Origin: Puniceicoccales bacterium
Lineage (GTDB): Bacteria > Verrucomicrobiota > Verrucomicrobiia > Opitutales > LL51
NCBI GenBank assembly: GCA_031283585.1
Contig: JAITBP010000007.1
Span: 1 to 32,000 of the forward strand
Direction of reading: 5' to 3'
DNA: 32,000 nucleotides
The position numbers were made by a program, and so were the translations under genes. Below, in pieces: positions 16,425 to 25,845 of this stretch (position 1 is the first letter of the stretch; each line of letters starts with the position of its first letter). Below the pieces are notes generated by a model. That model did not search any database. It was not told where the DNA came from and saw only the letters and a program-made list of their open reading frames with translations.

Positions 16425-16976
16425 TTAGGAATCTTTTGCAAGCATTCTGTAGAACCTTACGTTTTCGTATTTTCCGAACCTTTTAACATAATCCACAGCT
16501 TCACCCTCAAAGATAAATCCGCATTTTTCTATCACGCGCCGTGAGCCGACGTTACGCGTCATATGGTTCACATCGAGCCGATGCAGTTTCATAACTTTGA
16601 AACAATAATCGATTACAAGGAGCACGGCCGAAGTACAGTAACCATTGCCCCAGTATGGCTTACCGATCCAATAATGGATTTCAGCCTTGTCATGATCCTT
16701 GAACAGAGTCAGACCAATGGTGCCGATGAAAACATTGGCCAGATCTATGGCCCAGTAAAAGGATTCACCGCACACCATCCTGTTATCTATGTGATTGATC
16801 CAAAACACTGCCATGTCCCGCGTGTAGGGATAGGGCGTATAGGTTAGTAGAAAAACGGTTTCCCTGTCGCTAAAATAGGTAGTGATGTCATCGATGTCAT
16901 TGTGTGACAACGCTCTTAACCGGATATCTCCAGAAAAAAGCATAGGCGCTTTTTTCAGCCCATCGAAAGTCCCCAT
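16425..16976 (-). CDS. GNAT family N-acetyltransferase (RimJ/RimL-like)
   Basis: IRLRALSHNDIDDI…, FYWAIDL…FIGTIGL, AEIHYWIGKPYWGNGYCTSA, LHRLDVNHMTRNVGSRRVIEKCGFIFEG. This is the typical Acetyltransf_3-type pattern. Confidence 0.8.
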   Translation of the reverse strand: MGTFDGLKKAPMLFSGDIRLRALSHNDIDDITTYFSDRETVFLLTYTPYPYTRDMAVFWINHIDNRMVCGESFYWAIDLANVFIGTIGLTLFKDHDKAEIHYWIGKPYWGNGYCTSAVLLVIDYCFKVMKLHRLDVNHMTRNVGSRRVIEKCGFIFEGEAVDYVKRFGKYENVRFYRMLAKDS

Positions 16977-16983
16977 GACAAAC

Positions 16984-17475
16984 TCACACTCCCATCATGA
17001 AGGCGGAATCCCCGGTTGTGGTTAGACTTCCTTGAGTTGTAACTCCTTGAGAAACATCATGTTCAGAAACAGTATACAGTTCAGGAAATTTTACCTTCCA
17101 GTGATCCATGGCATTTACAAAATTTTCAACAATCTTGTAAAACCTGTCTTCGTCCACAAAATCCATATCTATGCGATGGCTCAGCATTACCGTATTATCA
17201 TCCGTCGACAGTCCCAGATTTGCGCCGGCCGTATCGCTCCAGAAGTGATTGCATTTCAACATCTCCATTAGCACAGCCGGGCTATCTTTAGATAGCATGC
17301 CGACGTAGGAAACCATCTCTATCTGATTCGAATCATGCAAAATGGAACACTTCATCATCAAATCTTCGTCGAACGCAAGATAGCATGAGCCTTCCTCATC
17401 TGGTTCCAAGCCCTCTAATTTCAATTGCTCCGCCAAATGGCCCACCATCCTCTTGAATTTAATTAAATCACCCAT
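16984..17475 (-). CDS. CesT/Tir-type type III secretion chaperone-like protein
   Basis: 163 aa, acidic. The pattern FKRMVGHLAEQLKLEGLEPDEEGSCYLAFDEDLMMKCS…IEMVSYVGML…LMEMLKCNHFW…GANLGLS…VMLSHRIDMDFVDEDRFYKIVENFVNAMDHWK fits class I T3S chaperones. The stop lies 7 nt upstream of the GNAT start. Confidence 0.55.
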   Translation of the reverse strand: MGDLIKFKRMVGHLAEQLKLEGLEPDEEGSCYLAFDEDLMMKCSILHDSNQIEMVSYVGMLSKDSPAVLMEMLKCNHFWSDTAGANLGLSTDDNTVMLSHRIDMDFVDEDRFYKIVENFVNAMDHWKVKFPELYTVSEHDVSQGVTTQGSLTTTGDSAFMMGV

Positions 17476-17524
17476 CCTGGTTTTAGGATATCTTCAGCTG
17501 ATAATAAAACAATAATAAAATTTG

Positions 17525-18223
17525 TCAATCATCATTTTTTATGTCCCTTATTACCAATAGGCCGGTCCTGTCGACAAACGCTAACTTATTGCGGGCAAGG
17601 ACGCCTGAGAACGCCATGGAAGCCGATACCATTGCGTTTTTGTGCAATATCGATCCTGGATTCAGGACAGAATTGCAACCGACCTGGGCATGATCACCGA
17701 GAATGGCGCCGAATTTCCTGAGGCCGGTGCTCTTTTCCAAAACATTTACGCACTTTTTATCCAGGCGAAGATTGGCCAAAACCGCGCCGGCTCCCAGATG
17801 GCAATAATTCCCAATGATCGAATCGCCGACATAATTAAAATGTGGGATCTGCACATAATCCATTAATATAGAATTCTTTAGCTCACAAGAGTTACCGATC
17901 ACACATCCGCGGCCCAGGATTACATTGTCTCTTATGTACGCCCCAGGTCTCAGCTCGGTCCCCTCATCTATGAACACATTGTCACCCAGGGTCGCGAAAT
18001 GTGGCAACCTGACGCTGGGATGGATATAGACATTACGGCCCAGTGAAACTCCACCGTAAACTCCCAAGGGCTGATTTGCTAAGTTCTTCTCCTCCAAGGC
18101 AATCTTTATCATCACGAGCCATTCCCAGGGGGCCTGATCCAGGGAAAAATATTCTCTGAAATGTCCAAAATTTTCTGGAAATTGGAAAAAATCTTTCGCT
18201 TTCATAGGATTATCTGACACCAT
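17525..18223 (-). CDS. Left-handed beta-helix (hexapeptide-repeat) transferase
   Basis: Repeated [LIV]-G-x4 hexapeptide periodicity (IRDNVILGRGCVIGNSCELKNSIL…IGDSIIGNYCHLGAGAVLAN…ILGDHAQVGCNSVL). The start is uncertain. ATG 18223 overlaps the ftsQ-like stop by 14 nt, ATG 18205 is the alternative, and the ORF-track start 18319 lies deep inside the upstream gene. Confidence 0.7.
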   Translation of the reverse strand: MVSDNPMKAKDFFQFPENFGHFREYFSLDQAPWEWLVMIKIALEEKNLANQPLGVYGGVSLGRNVYIHPSVRLPHFATLGDNVFIDEGTELRPGAYIRDNVILGRGCVIGNSCELKNSILMDYVQIPHFNYVGDSIIGNYCHLGAGAVLANLRLDKKCVNVLEKSTGLRKFGAILGDHAQVGCNSVLNPGSILHKNAMVSASMAFSGVLARNKLAFVDRTGLLVIRDIKNDD

Positions 18224-19076
18224 AATTATCTTTGAATTTGACGACAACTTCCTTACCAAGAGTGAAATCAAGTTTGAGCAGCGGAAGTCTGTTGCTGACC
18301 TTCGGATCGGAAAGAACAAAATCGAGCTTTTTCAGCTGTTCTTTCAGGTCGTTATCACTAAAAATCACCTCGTTGGCAAAGCTGCAGCGTATTTTTATCC
18401 TCTGCCAGGGGACTGCCCGCTTTTTATCAATCTTATCGCAGGAAACGACTTCAAACTGCGAATATATGTTCGGATAGTCCTTTTCGGCCATGGACATAAG
18501 TGTTGCAATGCCATCGATCCCATTTGTACATTCATACTGGTCAGAGTGCTTGGCTTTCCTAATCATGGCACAGTCAAGATAGGGCAACCTGGCTATCATT
18601 TCCTTTGAATATCCCAGGGCATGAAACACAACACCTTCTGAATCAACAAACATTTGGTCTTTTGTAATCTTACCACTGTCCTTTTTTTGGACCAGCACGC
18701 GCAGAATTGGTCTACGCTCCTTGACATTAATTCTTATCGTATCTGGAAATGCTCTTTTTACTTCTACGTATTTTATCTGCCTGAATAGCTTCAACTTATC
18801 TCTAATCTCCAGGATATTTACATCCATGATATCCACATCTTTTTTCACAGAAACCACAGCGCTTGCCCAGTGGGCTGACAGAACGCCATCCGATAGGAAA
18901 TCAATTTTTTTGACCGGCTGGCTAAATATGGCCTTTCTAATGTTTGGATAGCGTTCTGCCAGAAGGACATAGGCCACATAACCCAATCCGCTAAGAGTCA
19001 GAATAAGCAGCAGCCACAGAATCAATTTTCTAAGACTGCGCTTCAAATAACTGGATTTTTTACTAGGCCCACGCAC
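18210..19076 (-). CDS. ftsQ: FtsQ/DivIB-like cell-division protein (POTRA domain)
   Basis: Basic N-terminus, one TM helix (LILWLLLILTLSGLGYVAYVLL), and a POTRA-like IKYVEVKRAFPDTIRINVKERRPI. It sits immediately after ddl, as in dcw clusters. Confidence 0.7.
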   Translation of the reverse strand: MRGPSKKSSYLKRSLRKLILWLLLILTLSGLGYVAYVLLAERYPNIRKAIFSQPVKKIDFLSDGVLSAHWASAVVSVKKDVDIMDVNILEIRDKLKLFRQIKYVEVKRAFPDTIRINVKERRPILRVLVQKKDSGKITKDQMFVDSEGVVFHALGYSKEMIARLPYLDCAMIRKAKHSDQYECTNGIDGIATLMSMAEKDYPNIYSQFEVVSCDKIDKKRAVPWQRIKIRCSFANEVIFSDNDLKEQLKKLDFVLSDPKVSNRLPLLKLDFTLGKEVVVKFKDNYGVR

Positions 19077-19087
19077 GATCCTTTACA

Positions 19088-20032
19088 TTACCTCTTGGAC
19101 AACATTTTTAATGAAATTCCTGCCCTATCCAGGGCCGGTGTTATCATTTCGATACAGGTCTCTGTAAACGATAACCCCTTGCAAGCAGCGCTCTTAGGAA
19201 GCAAACTTGTGGTTGTCATGCCAGGAATTGTATTGACCTCAAGAAGGTTGAGCACGCCGTCACTGGAAAGTATAAAATCAACCCTGCCGAAGTCTCTGCA
19301 ACCACAATTGGCATAGATTTTTTCGGCCCACTGAACGGCCAGGCTCGCCAGGTAACCATCCAATCTAGCTGGCACGGTATAATTGGTCATTCCATCCGTG
19401 TACTTGTGCTCATAGTCGTAAAATCCATCCTTCGGCGTTATCTCTATTATAGGCAAAGCCTTATGGCCAAGAATCGGCACCGTTAACTCACGACCATCGA
19501 TGTGCTCCTCGGCAAACCAGTGGTCTTTTAAAATTTCATCACAACATGCCAGCCAATCGTTCTCTGAGAAGATCTTGTGGACTCCTACACTACTACCTTT
19601 CCCCACCGGTTTTACAACAAATGGCTTGGCCAAAAAAACATCAGCGAGCTCATCATATTTATACTCCCTGGGTTCAAGCCCAATGGATTTCGGCGTATTG
19701 ATGCCGGACTCTATGGCCACAGACTTCGTCCGTAACTTATTCATACACAACGCACTAGAGTAAGAGTCGCTGCCAGCAAAATTAAATCCTCTTTCCTCCA
19801 GCAGGCGCTGCAGCTGGCCATCCTCACCAAATTCACCGTGCAAAACCGGGAAAATCACATCACCATTTGAATCCAATTCATCGGGGATTTCGTCCACATC
19901 CAACTGTATCTTTATGACATCAAGAACCGTTTTCAAGGCTAGATATACAGCCTGGCCGCCTCTCAGCGAAACTTCGCGCTCGGATGAGCTGTAACCACCA
20001 CATAATACGGCTATTCTATCACATTTTCTCAT
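19088..20032 (-). CDS. ddl: D-alanine--D-alanine ligase
   Basis: ATP-grasp motifs GKGSSVGVHK and LLEVNTIPGMTTTSLLPKSA. N-terminal IAVLCGGYSSSEREVSLRGG. An ATGA start/stop overlap with the RNase gene. Confidence 0.9.
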   Translation of the reverse strand: MRKCDRIAVLCGGYSSSEREVSLRGGQAVYLALKTVLDVIKIQLDVDEIPDELDSNGDVIFPVLHGEFGEDGQLQRLLEERGFNFAGSDSYSSALCMNKLRTKSVAIESGINTPKSIGLEPREYKYDELADVFLAKPFVVKPVGKGSSVGVHKIFSENDWLACCDEILKDHWFAEEHIDGRELTVPILGHKALPIIEITPKDGFYDYEHKYTDGMTNYTVPARLDGYLASLAVQWAEKIYANCGCRDFGRVDFILSSDGVLNLLEVNTIPGMTTTSLLPKSAACKGLSFTETCIEMITPALDRAGISLKMLSKR

Positions 20033-21759
20033 TTTAGTTCACGGTCACTGTCCATGTCGACTATTCTAAAATTTTCCGCATGAAAAGCAGAATCTGCCCT
20101 GAAAATCAATTTTACATTATTGCTACGTTCGATGTCGATTAAAAATTTTTCGTAATGTTCGCGAAGGTATTTAACCACAGTTGGATGAACAAATATTCTT
20201 AGCTGTTTTAATCTATCCGAACTTCCATTTTTGAATTCGTGATTGAGCCGTTTCAAAATGCTGCCAAGTCTGCGCTGAATCTCCAAACTGATTGCCCTGG
20301 AAGATCTTATGAATCCTCTCCCGCTGCAATAAGGACAAGAATCTCTCAGGTCTCTGGCGGTGCTCTGGGCATGTCTCTGTCTGGATATTTGCATCAATCC
20401 AAAATGGGATATCGGCAATATCTGGGTCCGTTCCCTGTCCTTGCCAATCAACTCATACATAAGATCATAGAGTTTTTTCTTATCCCGCGGATTCTTCATG
20501 TCGACAAAATCCACGATTATCAGACCGCCGAGATTCCGAAGCCTGATTTGCCTCGCAATTTCTTTAGCAGCTTCGGCATTAACCTGATAGATAAAATTCT
20601 TATTTTCAGATTCATCGGATTTATCGGTTTTGTTGCGGTGAGCTCCGGTATTGACGTCAATGGCCGTCAGGGCTTCGACTTCTTCGATAACAATCTCTCC
20701 ACCAGAATGTAACGGTACATATTTCATCATTGTCTGGTCGAGTTGTCTCTCGATATTGAATCTTTCGAAGATCGAGATGCCCTCGTCAAAATAATGAATT
20801 TTTTTCTTGGATCGCGACGAAATCGCTCCGACCAAATCCAGCATCTCATTGTAATCACTCTCATCGTCTATCATTACCCTATCTATATCGTCTGTAAGGA
20901 AATCGCGAACAGTACGTTCTATCAGCCCGGGCTCCTTATAGATCATCGCTGGACCAGAATTTTTCTTCATATTAGCCATAATCCCTTCCCATTTTTTCAG
21001 CAAAATGTGGATATCTCTTACAAAATACCGCATCTTTTTGCCCTCACCGGCCGTTCTGATTATCAGGCCCATGCCTTCGGGAATTCTCACCTTTCGCAAA
21101 ATTTCCTTTAATCTCGATCTTTCGGCCTTGGATTCTATTTTTTTCGAGACGCCGTATTCACCGCTAAACGGCATCAACACTACGAAACGACCCGGTAGCG
21201 CAATATTCGTAGTAACCCGCGGTCCCTTTGTTCCGATCTGAGCTTTTATGACCTGGACCATTATTTCAGAACCAATCGGATACAACTTCGGAATATCGTT
21301 GGCTGTGATGGTTGCGCTCTTCGACTTGGCATTCTCGCGAACAATTTCCACCGACGAATCGGCCGCCGGGAGAGCATCCCAATAGTGCAAAAATGCATTT
21401 TTCTCTGTGCCTATATCCACAAAAGCTGCCTTCAGGCCTGATTCTAGGTTTTGAATCCTGCCTCTAAATATCGCACCGACCGAATTATCCACATCATCGT
21501 ATTCAATCTCAAACTCTTGCAGCACACCGTCTTCTAGTAAAGCAACCCGTTTTTCCGCCGGGGATGAGCTGATAACAATTTCGCGAAAAACCTTATCTGA
21601 TCGCGTAAAAGCTTTTATTATTTTTTGAATCAGTGATTGTTCTTTCGCCCTTGTAAGTGCATCGTTATTAAGGAATTCCTTTGATGGGCCGTTGTAAACT
21701 GGCTCCTCGGGTATCCTTTTCAATTCGGCTACTATATTTTCTTCATTAAACCTACCCAT
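20029..21759 (-). CDS. rng: Ribonuclease E/G family endoribonuclease
   Basis: S1 domain GAIFRGRIQNLESGLKAAFVDIG, catalytic region GGLIIVDFVDM, and Zn-link CPYCSGRG. At 576 aa there is no long RNase E scaffold tail. Confidence 0.88.
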   Translation of the reverse strand: MGRFNEENIVAELKRIPEEPVYNGPSKEFLNNDALTRAKEQSLIQKIIKAFTRSDKVFREIVISSSPAEKRVALLEDGVLQEFEIEYDDVDNSVGAIFRGRIQNLESGLKAAFVDIGTEKNAFLHYWDALPAADSSVEIVRENAKSKSATITANDIPKLYPIGSEIMVQVIKAQIGTKGPRVTTNIALPGRFVVLMPFSGEYGVSKKIESKAERSRLKEILRKVRIPEGMGLIIRTAGEGKKMRYFVRDIHILLKKWEGIMANMKKNSGPAMIYKEPGLIERTVRDFLTDDIDRVMIDDESDYNEMLDLVGAISSRSKKKIHYFDEGISIFERFNIERQLDQTMMKYVPLHSGGEIVIEEVEALTAIDVNTGAHRNKTDKSDESENKNFIYQVNAEAAKEIARQIRLRNLGGLIIVDFVDMKNPRDKKKLYDLMYELIGKDRERTQILPISHFGLMQISRQRHAQSTARDLRDSCPYCSGRGFIRSSRAISLEIQRRLGSILKRLNHEFKNGSSDRLKQLRIFVHPTVVKYLREHYEKFLIDIERSNNVKLIFRADSAFHAENFRIVDMDSDRELK

Positions 21760-21764
21760 AATTT

Positions 21765-23006
21765 CTAATCATAACTCTTTCTAAACCTAAAAACGCTTTG
21801 CACGATGCCCTGTAATATGCTGCACACCAACATGAACGAGCCACCATAGCTTATGAATGGCAGCGGAATTCCGGTGATCGGCATCAGGCCAATGGTCATG
21901 CCCACGTTGATCAAAACATGGACCAACAGGATCACGCTGGCACCGACAGATAATAGCATGCCAAACCTGTCGCGAGACCTGGAAGCGATCCTAAAGCCAT
22001 TGCCTATCAAGACAACATACAAAATTAAAATTATCAATCCACCCATAAACCCATATTCTTCGGCCAGGACCGAAAAGATAAAATCATTCGAAGCCACCGA
22101 CCTGGGCAAATAACCGAGTTTTGCCTGGGTCCCATTTCCACAGCCCTTGCCCCAGAGGCCGCCGGATCCCACGGCAATCAAAGACTGCCTCAAATTCCAA
22201 CTAATGCCAACACCTTTAGGATCAACAACATCCGGTGCAACAAACGAAATTATCCGATTCCTTTGATAATCCTTCAATGGCAAAATGGAACGAGATTCAT
22301 ACTTACCAATGGCCTCGTAGGGGTTTAATTTATTGCTATCCAAGAAGATGTGATAAGAATAGGCATCTGCTGCCACCAGTGCAATGACAAATAAAATGGA
22401 GCAAAAGATACTAATGAAAAACCTGATCGAAAGGTTCGAAATAAATAGCAACGAAAATGCCATCGGGAAAAACGTAAGTGACGACCCGAGATCTGGTTGT
22501 AATACAATCAGCAGCGTTGGCAAAGCCAGAATTAGACCGGCTTTCACCAGGGTTATCAGCGAATATTTCACCCGGCCGACGTTCGAACGCGCGAGTAAAC
22601 TTGCCATCATTATGAGAGTCCCTATTTTGGCCGGTTCCGACGGCTGAAGCAAAATACCAACATTGATCCATCTCAACGAACCAAATCTACGCGCACCCAG
22701 CGGCGTCCATAGGGATAATAAAAGTATTATACAGCCACCGTATATCCAGTGAGCATTACGCATCAGGATGTTATAGTCCACGCAGGATATAAACGTGTAG
22801 ACCAATAGGCCGATGATTATCCAAATAATTTGCATTTTAGCCAGCACAAAACTGCCGTTTTCGGCGGAACGTATCGCCAATACACCGATGGCCATCAGGC
22901 ATATCATAGAAACAGGTGACACATAATCGGATCGATCGGTTGCCTTGTCAAAAAACAACCTGACGATGGATATGAATCTATCTTTTATCCCGTAAACTAC
23001 TTTCAT
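21765..23006 (-). CDS. rodA: SEDS-family peptidoglycan glycosyltransferase (RodA/FtsW)
   Basis: Polytopic membrane protein with the signatures LQPSEPAKIG and GIPLPFISYGGSFML. Assigning RodA rather than FtsW is tentative. Confidence 0.8.
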   Translation of the reverse strand: MKVVYGIKDRFISIVRLFFDKATDRSDYVSPVSMICLMAIGVLAIRSAENGSFVLAKMQIIWIIIGLLVYTFISCVDYNILMRNAHWIYGGCIILLLSLWTPLGARRFGSLRWINVGILLQPSEPAKIGTLIMMASLLARSNVGRVKYSLITLVKAGLILALPTLLIVLQPDLGSSLTFFPMAFSLLFISNLSIRFFISIFCSILFVIALVAADAYSYHIFLDSNKLNPYEAIGKYESRSILPLKDYQRNRIISFVAPDVVDPKGVGISWNLRQSLIAVGSGGLWGKGCGNGTQAKLGYLPRSVASNDFIFSVLAEEYGFMGGLIILILYVVLIGNGFRIASRSRDRFGMLLSVGASVILLVHVLINVGMTIGLMPITGIPLPFISYGGSFMLVCSILQGIVQSVFRFRKSYD

Positions 23007-23044
23007 CGCTAACTATCTCCATACTGATAACATGTTTCCACGCA

Positions 23045-23422
23045 TTACCTTAGAGAATTGAGTCGCATTCTAACTGAATTATCATAAACTTCGTCACCTA
23101 GTAAAATTTTGACGCCAGCTATCAATTGCTGATTTTCCCTGGCAATGAGATCAACCTTGCGACCTTTTATCGCGTCCACAGCACACTTTATTTTGTCTAT
23201 CTCTTTCTCATCGCAGGTACCGGCATATTCGATTATCAACGTGTTGTCTTTGAAAGCCTTCTCGAGCAATTTAAAATATCTTGCCAACACGGTTTTCCTG
23301 TCGATGAACTCTGAAAGCACTGTGATAACAGCCCTGGCCCTGGCAAACGACAACCGATGATTACCGTCAAAAGACAGAGCAACGAGATTTTTGATCAACG
23401 CATCATTTGTTCTTTTTTGCAT
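23045..23422 (-). CDS. atpH: F-type ATP synthase delta (OSCP) subunit, short form
   Basis: It follows atpF directly (20-nt overlap). The C-terminus GRKVDLIARENQQLIAGVKILLGDEVYDNSVRMRLNSL matches the conserved delta C-terminal pattern. It is only 125 aa. Confidence 0.6.
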   Translation of the reverse strand: MQKRTNDALIKNLVALSFDGNHRLSFARARAVITVLSEFIDRKTVLARYFKLLEKAFKDNTLIIEYAGTCDEKEIDKIKCAVDAIKGRKVDLIARENQQLIAGVKILLGDEVYDNSVRMRLNSLR

Positions 23423-23966
23423 ACAAAATGTCTTGCATCACACCGTTGGTTGCATTGACAAAATTATCTTTATCACTTTGAGAGAGAGCCTTTTCCAAAA
23501 CCTTAGCCGCCACATCAATCACAAGATATTTCAGCTCATTTTTGGCACCTTCAATGACAGCATCCCGCTCGGCACTGATTTCGGCTTTAACCCTACTAAC
23601 CATAGAATCTAGCCGGGCAGTCACCTCGGCCTGCTGCTGCGCGGAATAATCTTTGGCCTGCTGCTGGGCATTCACCATAATTGCCGAAGCTTCCATTTTT
23701 GCCTCACCTATGATCTTCTCGCGCTGACTGTTAAGATTTTCCAATTCCACTTTCATATCACTGGCATACTTCAATCCAGCCTCTATTTCGGCTCGGCGCG
23801 CATCCAGGGTTTTTACAATCGGACGAAAAGCGAAACGATAAAGAATAAATGTAACAAACAGAAAATTTACCCCTTGAATCAATAGCAGATGCCAATCTAT
23901 GCCAAATTTACCAAAAATCGAGTCTGCGCCCATAGAAGCAAAACATACTGGCAACCCAATCGTCAT
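23403..23966 (-). CDS. atpF: F-type ATP synthase subunit b
   Basis: N-terminal TM helix (LLLIQGVNFLFVTFILYRFAF) followed by a long charged helical region. It lies between atpE and atpH. An alternative start is ATG 23933. Confidence 0.8.
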   Translation of the reverse strand: MTIGLPVCFASMGADSIFGKFGIDWHLLLIQGVNFLFVTFILYRFAFRPIVKTLDARRAEIEAGLKYASDMKVELENLNSQREKIIGEAKMEASAIMVNAQQQAKDYSAQQQAEVTARLDSMVSRVKAEISAERDAVIEGAKNELKYLVIDVAAKVLEKALSQSDKDNFVNATNGVMQDILYAKKNK

Positions 23967-24016
23967 AAAATGTCACATCTAACCACCAAGGGATTTTAGG
24001 ATTATTATTAACACAA

Positions 24017-24244
24017 CTACTTCTGAGAGAAGAACAAAGCATAAAACGCCACGGCTTCTGCCAGCGCCATTCCAAGGATTGATTGCACCAAAATTTTACC
24101 CGAAGCACCAGGATTTCGACTAACAGCTTCAACGGCTTTTGTGCCAATCATTGCAACACCAATCGCAGCGGCTGTACAGCCAAGCATACCAGTCAAGCCT
24201 TTACCACTTATTTCACCTATAACACCAACAACATCAACCAGCAT
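24017..24244 (-). CDS. atpE: F-type ATP synthase subunit c
   Basis: 75-aa two-helix proteolipid with a polar loop SRNPG and the essential carboxylate in GMALAEAVAFYAL. Confidence 0.9.
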   Translation of the reverse strand: MLVDVVGVIGEISGKGLTGMLGCTAAAIGVAMIGTKAVEAVSRNPGASGKILVQSILGMALAEAVAFYALFFSQK

Positions 24245-24281
24245 ATTTCATTCCTTTTACTAAACAATTAAATATCATAAC

Positions 24282-25310
24282 TTATACCAAATCAATAGAA
24301 TGCGGCTCATCTTCGTGATTGACAATCAATCCGATATAGACGGCCACAAGCAGAGTAAAAACAAAGGCTTGAATTAGTCCAACCAAAATTTCTAAAAAAT
24401 AAAATGGCAACGGTAATAAATAGGCCAGGTACTTTATTAGGAACGAGATAACATTCGCCACACTGCCAAATGCCTTGGAAATCGTCGCAAATAGTTCCGT
24501 TTTCACAAAGCCGTCGTTCGTCAAAAACTCACTGAATGTGTACATGTTATGAAGCAAATTATCACCTCCAAACACATTACCATATAGCCTAAACGACAAT
24601 GACACACCCCTGAAAAGCACCGAAATGCATTCTATGAGACCTACTCCGAAGAAGATAACGAACAAGAACGCATACATAAAGCCTGGAATACCTTCCTTTT
24701 CCGCTTTGTTTCCAAAAATATGACCATACAATCCATTAATGCCTACGTGTTTGATACACAAGTACATCCATGCCATTAACGAAATCAGGGCCATGGCCAA
24801 CGTCGCATTCAAATCCGAATTTATTGGTCTCAAAATACCCAGATAAGAATCGCCAACCTTGTGCAAAATCGAACCGATTCCAGGAAATAAGCCACTCCAA
24901 TTTTGCAGCAGGATAAAAACAAAATATCCAAACAGCAACGGGAAAACCTGCCTAAAAGCTTTTTTCCCCACAATCGGTTCCATAATCGATTGCAGTCCAT
25001 CGAGTATTGTCTCAATCATTGCCTGACCAGCGCCGGGAATTAGCCCAGGTCTGGGCCCCACAAGCCACCTCACCAGCAATATTATCGCCAATGAAATAAC
25101 CCAACTGGTAACTAGCGTGTCGGTTATGCCGGAGCCAAAAACAACTTCCGGAGCCGTGGATATGGACGACACTTCAGCAGCATTGCTATGGCCATCAGAA
25201 GCATAGGCAACGCCGCCTAGCCACATGCTAACCAAAACCATTGGCAATAACTTCACTATAGACACCATCAATCTGATTGCTGCTTTATGGAAAAATACTA
25301 CTTTGTCCAT
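24282..25310 (-). CDS. atpB: F-type ATP synthase subunit a, with an N-terminal extension
   Basis: Conserved stator arginine motif SLSFRLYGNVFGG and a polytopic C-terminal region. At 342 aa it is longer than usual, through an N-terminal signal-like and Ser-rich segment. The start is uncertain. Confidence 0.85.
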   Translation of the reverse strand: MDKVVFFHKAAIRLMVSIVKLLPMVLVSMWLGGVAYASDGHSNAAEVSSISTAPEVVFGSGITDTLVTSWVISLAIILLVRWLVGPRPGLIPGAGQAMIETILDGLQSIMEPIVGKKAFRQVFPLLFGYFVFILLQNWSGLFPGIGSILHKVGDSYLGILRPINSDLNATLAMALISLMAWMYLCIKHVGINGLYGHIFGNKAEKEGIPGFMYAFLFVIFFGVGLIECISVLFRGVSLSFRLYGNVFGGDNLLHNMYTFSEFLTNDGFVKTELFATISKAFGSVANVISFLIKYLAYLLPLPFYFLEILVGLIQAFVFTLLVAVYIGLIVNHEDEPHSIDLV

Positions 25311-25365
25311 AAAAATTAATCATAAAATTGACTATTGCTACCACTAATATATAATAGCCCACGTT

Positions 25366-25845
25366 ATGTTTAGAGGAATAAATGAAAATGGTCTTAACTT
25401 TGCCCACGGCATTAACGCTATAAATGAAACCAATACAAATCGCGACTACTCCGCTTTATCGAACCCCATACCGTCAGATGAAGCAGCCGCTTCTGTACAA
25501 AACAGTACAACCATAATCTGCGATATGATAAATAACGAAAACGTGGACCCTGCGATTCTCCGCAATGAAATTTATAACATAGCTAACACAATCCAGGGCG
25601 CAATCATTGCTATAAAAAACAACGGCGGACGTTCCAGCATAGATTTCAACGGAAAACTAGACCTAATGAGTATCCAAAGCAATCTGATCAAGCTAACACC
25701 TTACCTTCAAAGCATCACAGACCCGGACTCAATTCTGATAAGCGAAAACAACAAAATAATTCTACGCAACATGTTGCACCCAACCAACGGCGGCTTAACT
25801 CTGGTTAGTGGCACATTACAAAGCATCCTAAATACCTTGTTCTAA
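25366..25845 (+). CDS. Hypothetical protein (159 aa), Asn/Ile-rich, no signal peptide
   Basis: Intact ORF diverging from atpB. Its stop directly abuts the stop of the convergent 25846-26208 gene. No motif recognised. Confidence 0.45.
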   Translation: MFRGINENGLNFAHGINAINETNTNRDYSALSNPIPSDEAAASVQNSTTIICDMINNENVDPAILRNEIYNIANTIQGAIIAIKNNGGRSSIDFNGKLDLMSIQSNLIKLTPYLQSITDPDSILISENNKIILRNMLHPTNGGLTLVSGTLQSILNTLF

